Source: Chloroflexota bacterium (GTDB lineage Bacteria > Chloroflexota > Anaerolineae > J102). From it: a DNA stretch of 48,328 bases. Numbering within the stretch: the stretch's first letter is position 1; the number at the start of each line of letters is the position of its first letter. Location: positions 1 through 48,328 of the forward strand of contig JAAENG010000017.1 of assembly GCA_024224665.1 (NCBI GenBank), in the 5' to 3' direction. Shown here in pieces: positions 48,110-48,328 of this stretch. The translations under genes were made by a program, and so were the position numbers. Under the pieces are notes generated by a model. The model worked only from the letters and a program-made list of their open reading frames with translations. It did no database searches and was not told the origin of the DNA.

Positions 48110-48172
48110 GTAGGGGCGCACCCTTGCGGTCGCCCGGCCGCCTGGCGGGCAGACGCAAGGCCGCGCCCCTAC
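48110..48172. repeat. GTAG-family REP doublet inside TCTCAATAA/TTATTGAGA inverted flanks
   Basis: GTAGGGGCGCACCCTTGCGGTCGCCC ... GGGCAGACGCAAGGCCGCGCCCCTAC; flanks at 48101..48109 and 48179..48187. Confidence 0.8.
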
Positions 48173-48328
48173 CTCAGGTTATTGAGATGGGTGTGTCCTA
48201 GATGAGTTATTGGCGTGTCCTTGTGCTCCGTTCTTTAGCCAGATTATGAGTAAGGTCTTCCCAGAAAGCCTTGGGGTCGGCAGGGAAGGAGGAAGTGGGG
48301 GAAATAATTAATAGTGAACGGTTATTGA

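Overview
A mostly housekeeping 48 kb bacterial chromosomal segment. Chloroflexota (Anaerolineae/Caldilineae-like) is my inference from the gene content and a Pro/Thr-linker beta-propeller protein. Recognisable genes: class A PBP, surE, DUF92, GT2 and GT-C glycosyltransferases, udk, tRNA-Thr(CGT), yebC-ruvC-(OmpR regulator)-ruvA, pyrG, a PspC protein, DUF62, murA (Cys->Asp type), a TyrA-like protein, M50 protease, GH2, an AlkZ-like protein, folC, lon, an AlbA_2/RecG_C protein, yqeY-pgpH-ybeY-dgkA, a degraded IS1182-family element and a HisKA_3/NarL pair. The right end is lower in GC and has attC-like remnants and a GTAG REP doublet. The most striking signal is non-coding: many intergenic gaps hold one of at least four families of small (about 100-290 bp) dispersed elements. 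Three families have terminal inverted repeats and two show target-site duplications. Several carry heptamer/octamer units that have expanded into tandem arrays with higher-order periods; the octamers share a GTC core. No CRISPR array, prophage or clearly intact defence operon is visible. All alignments and counts were done by eye, and family names come from motif recognition, not database searches.
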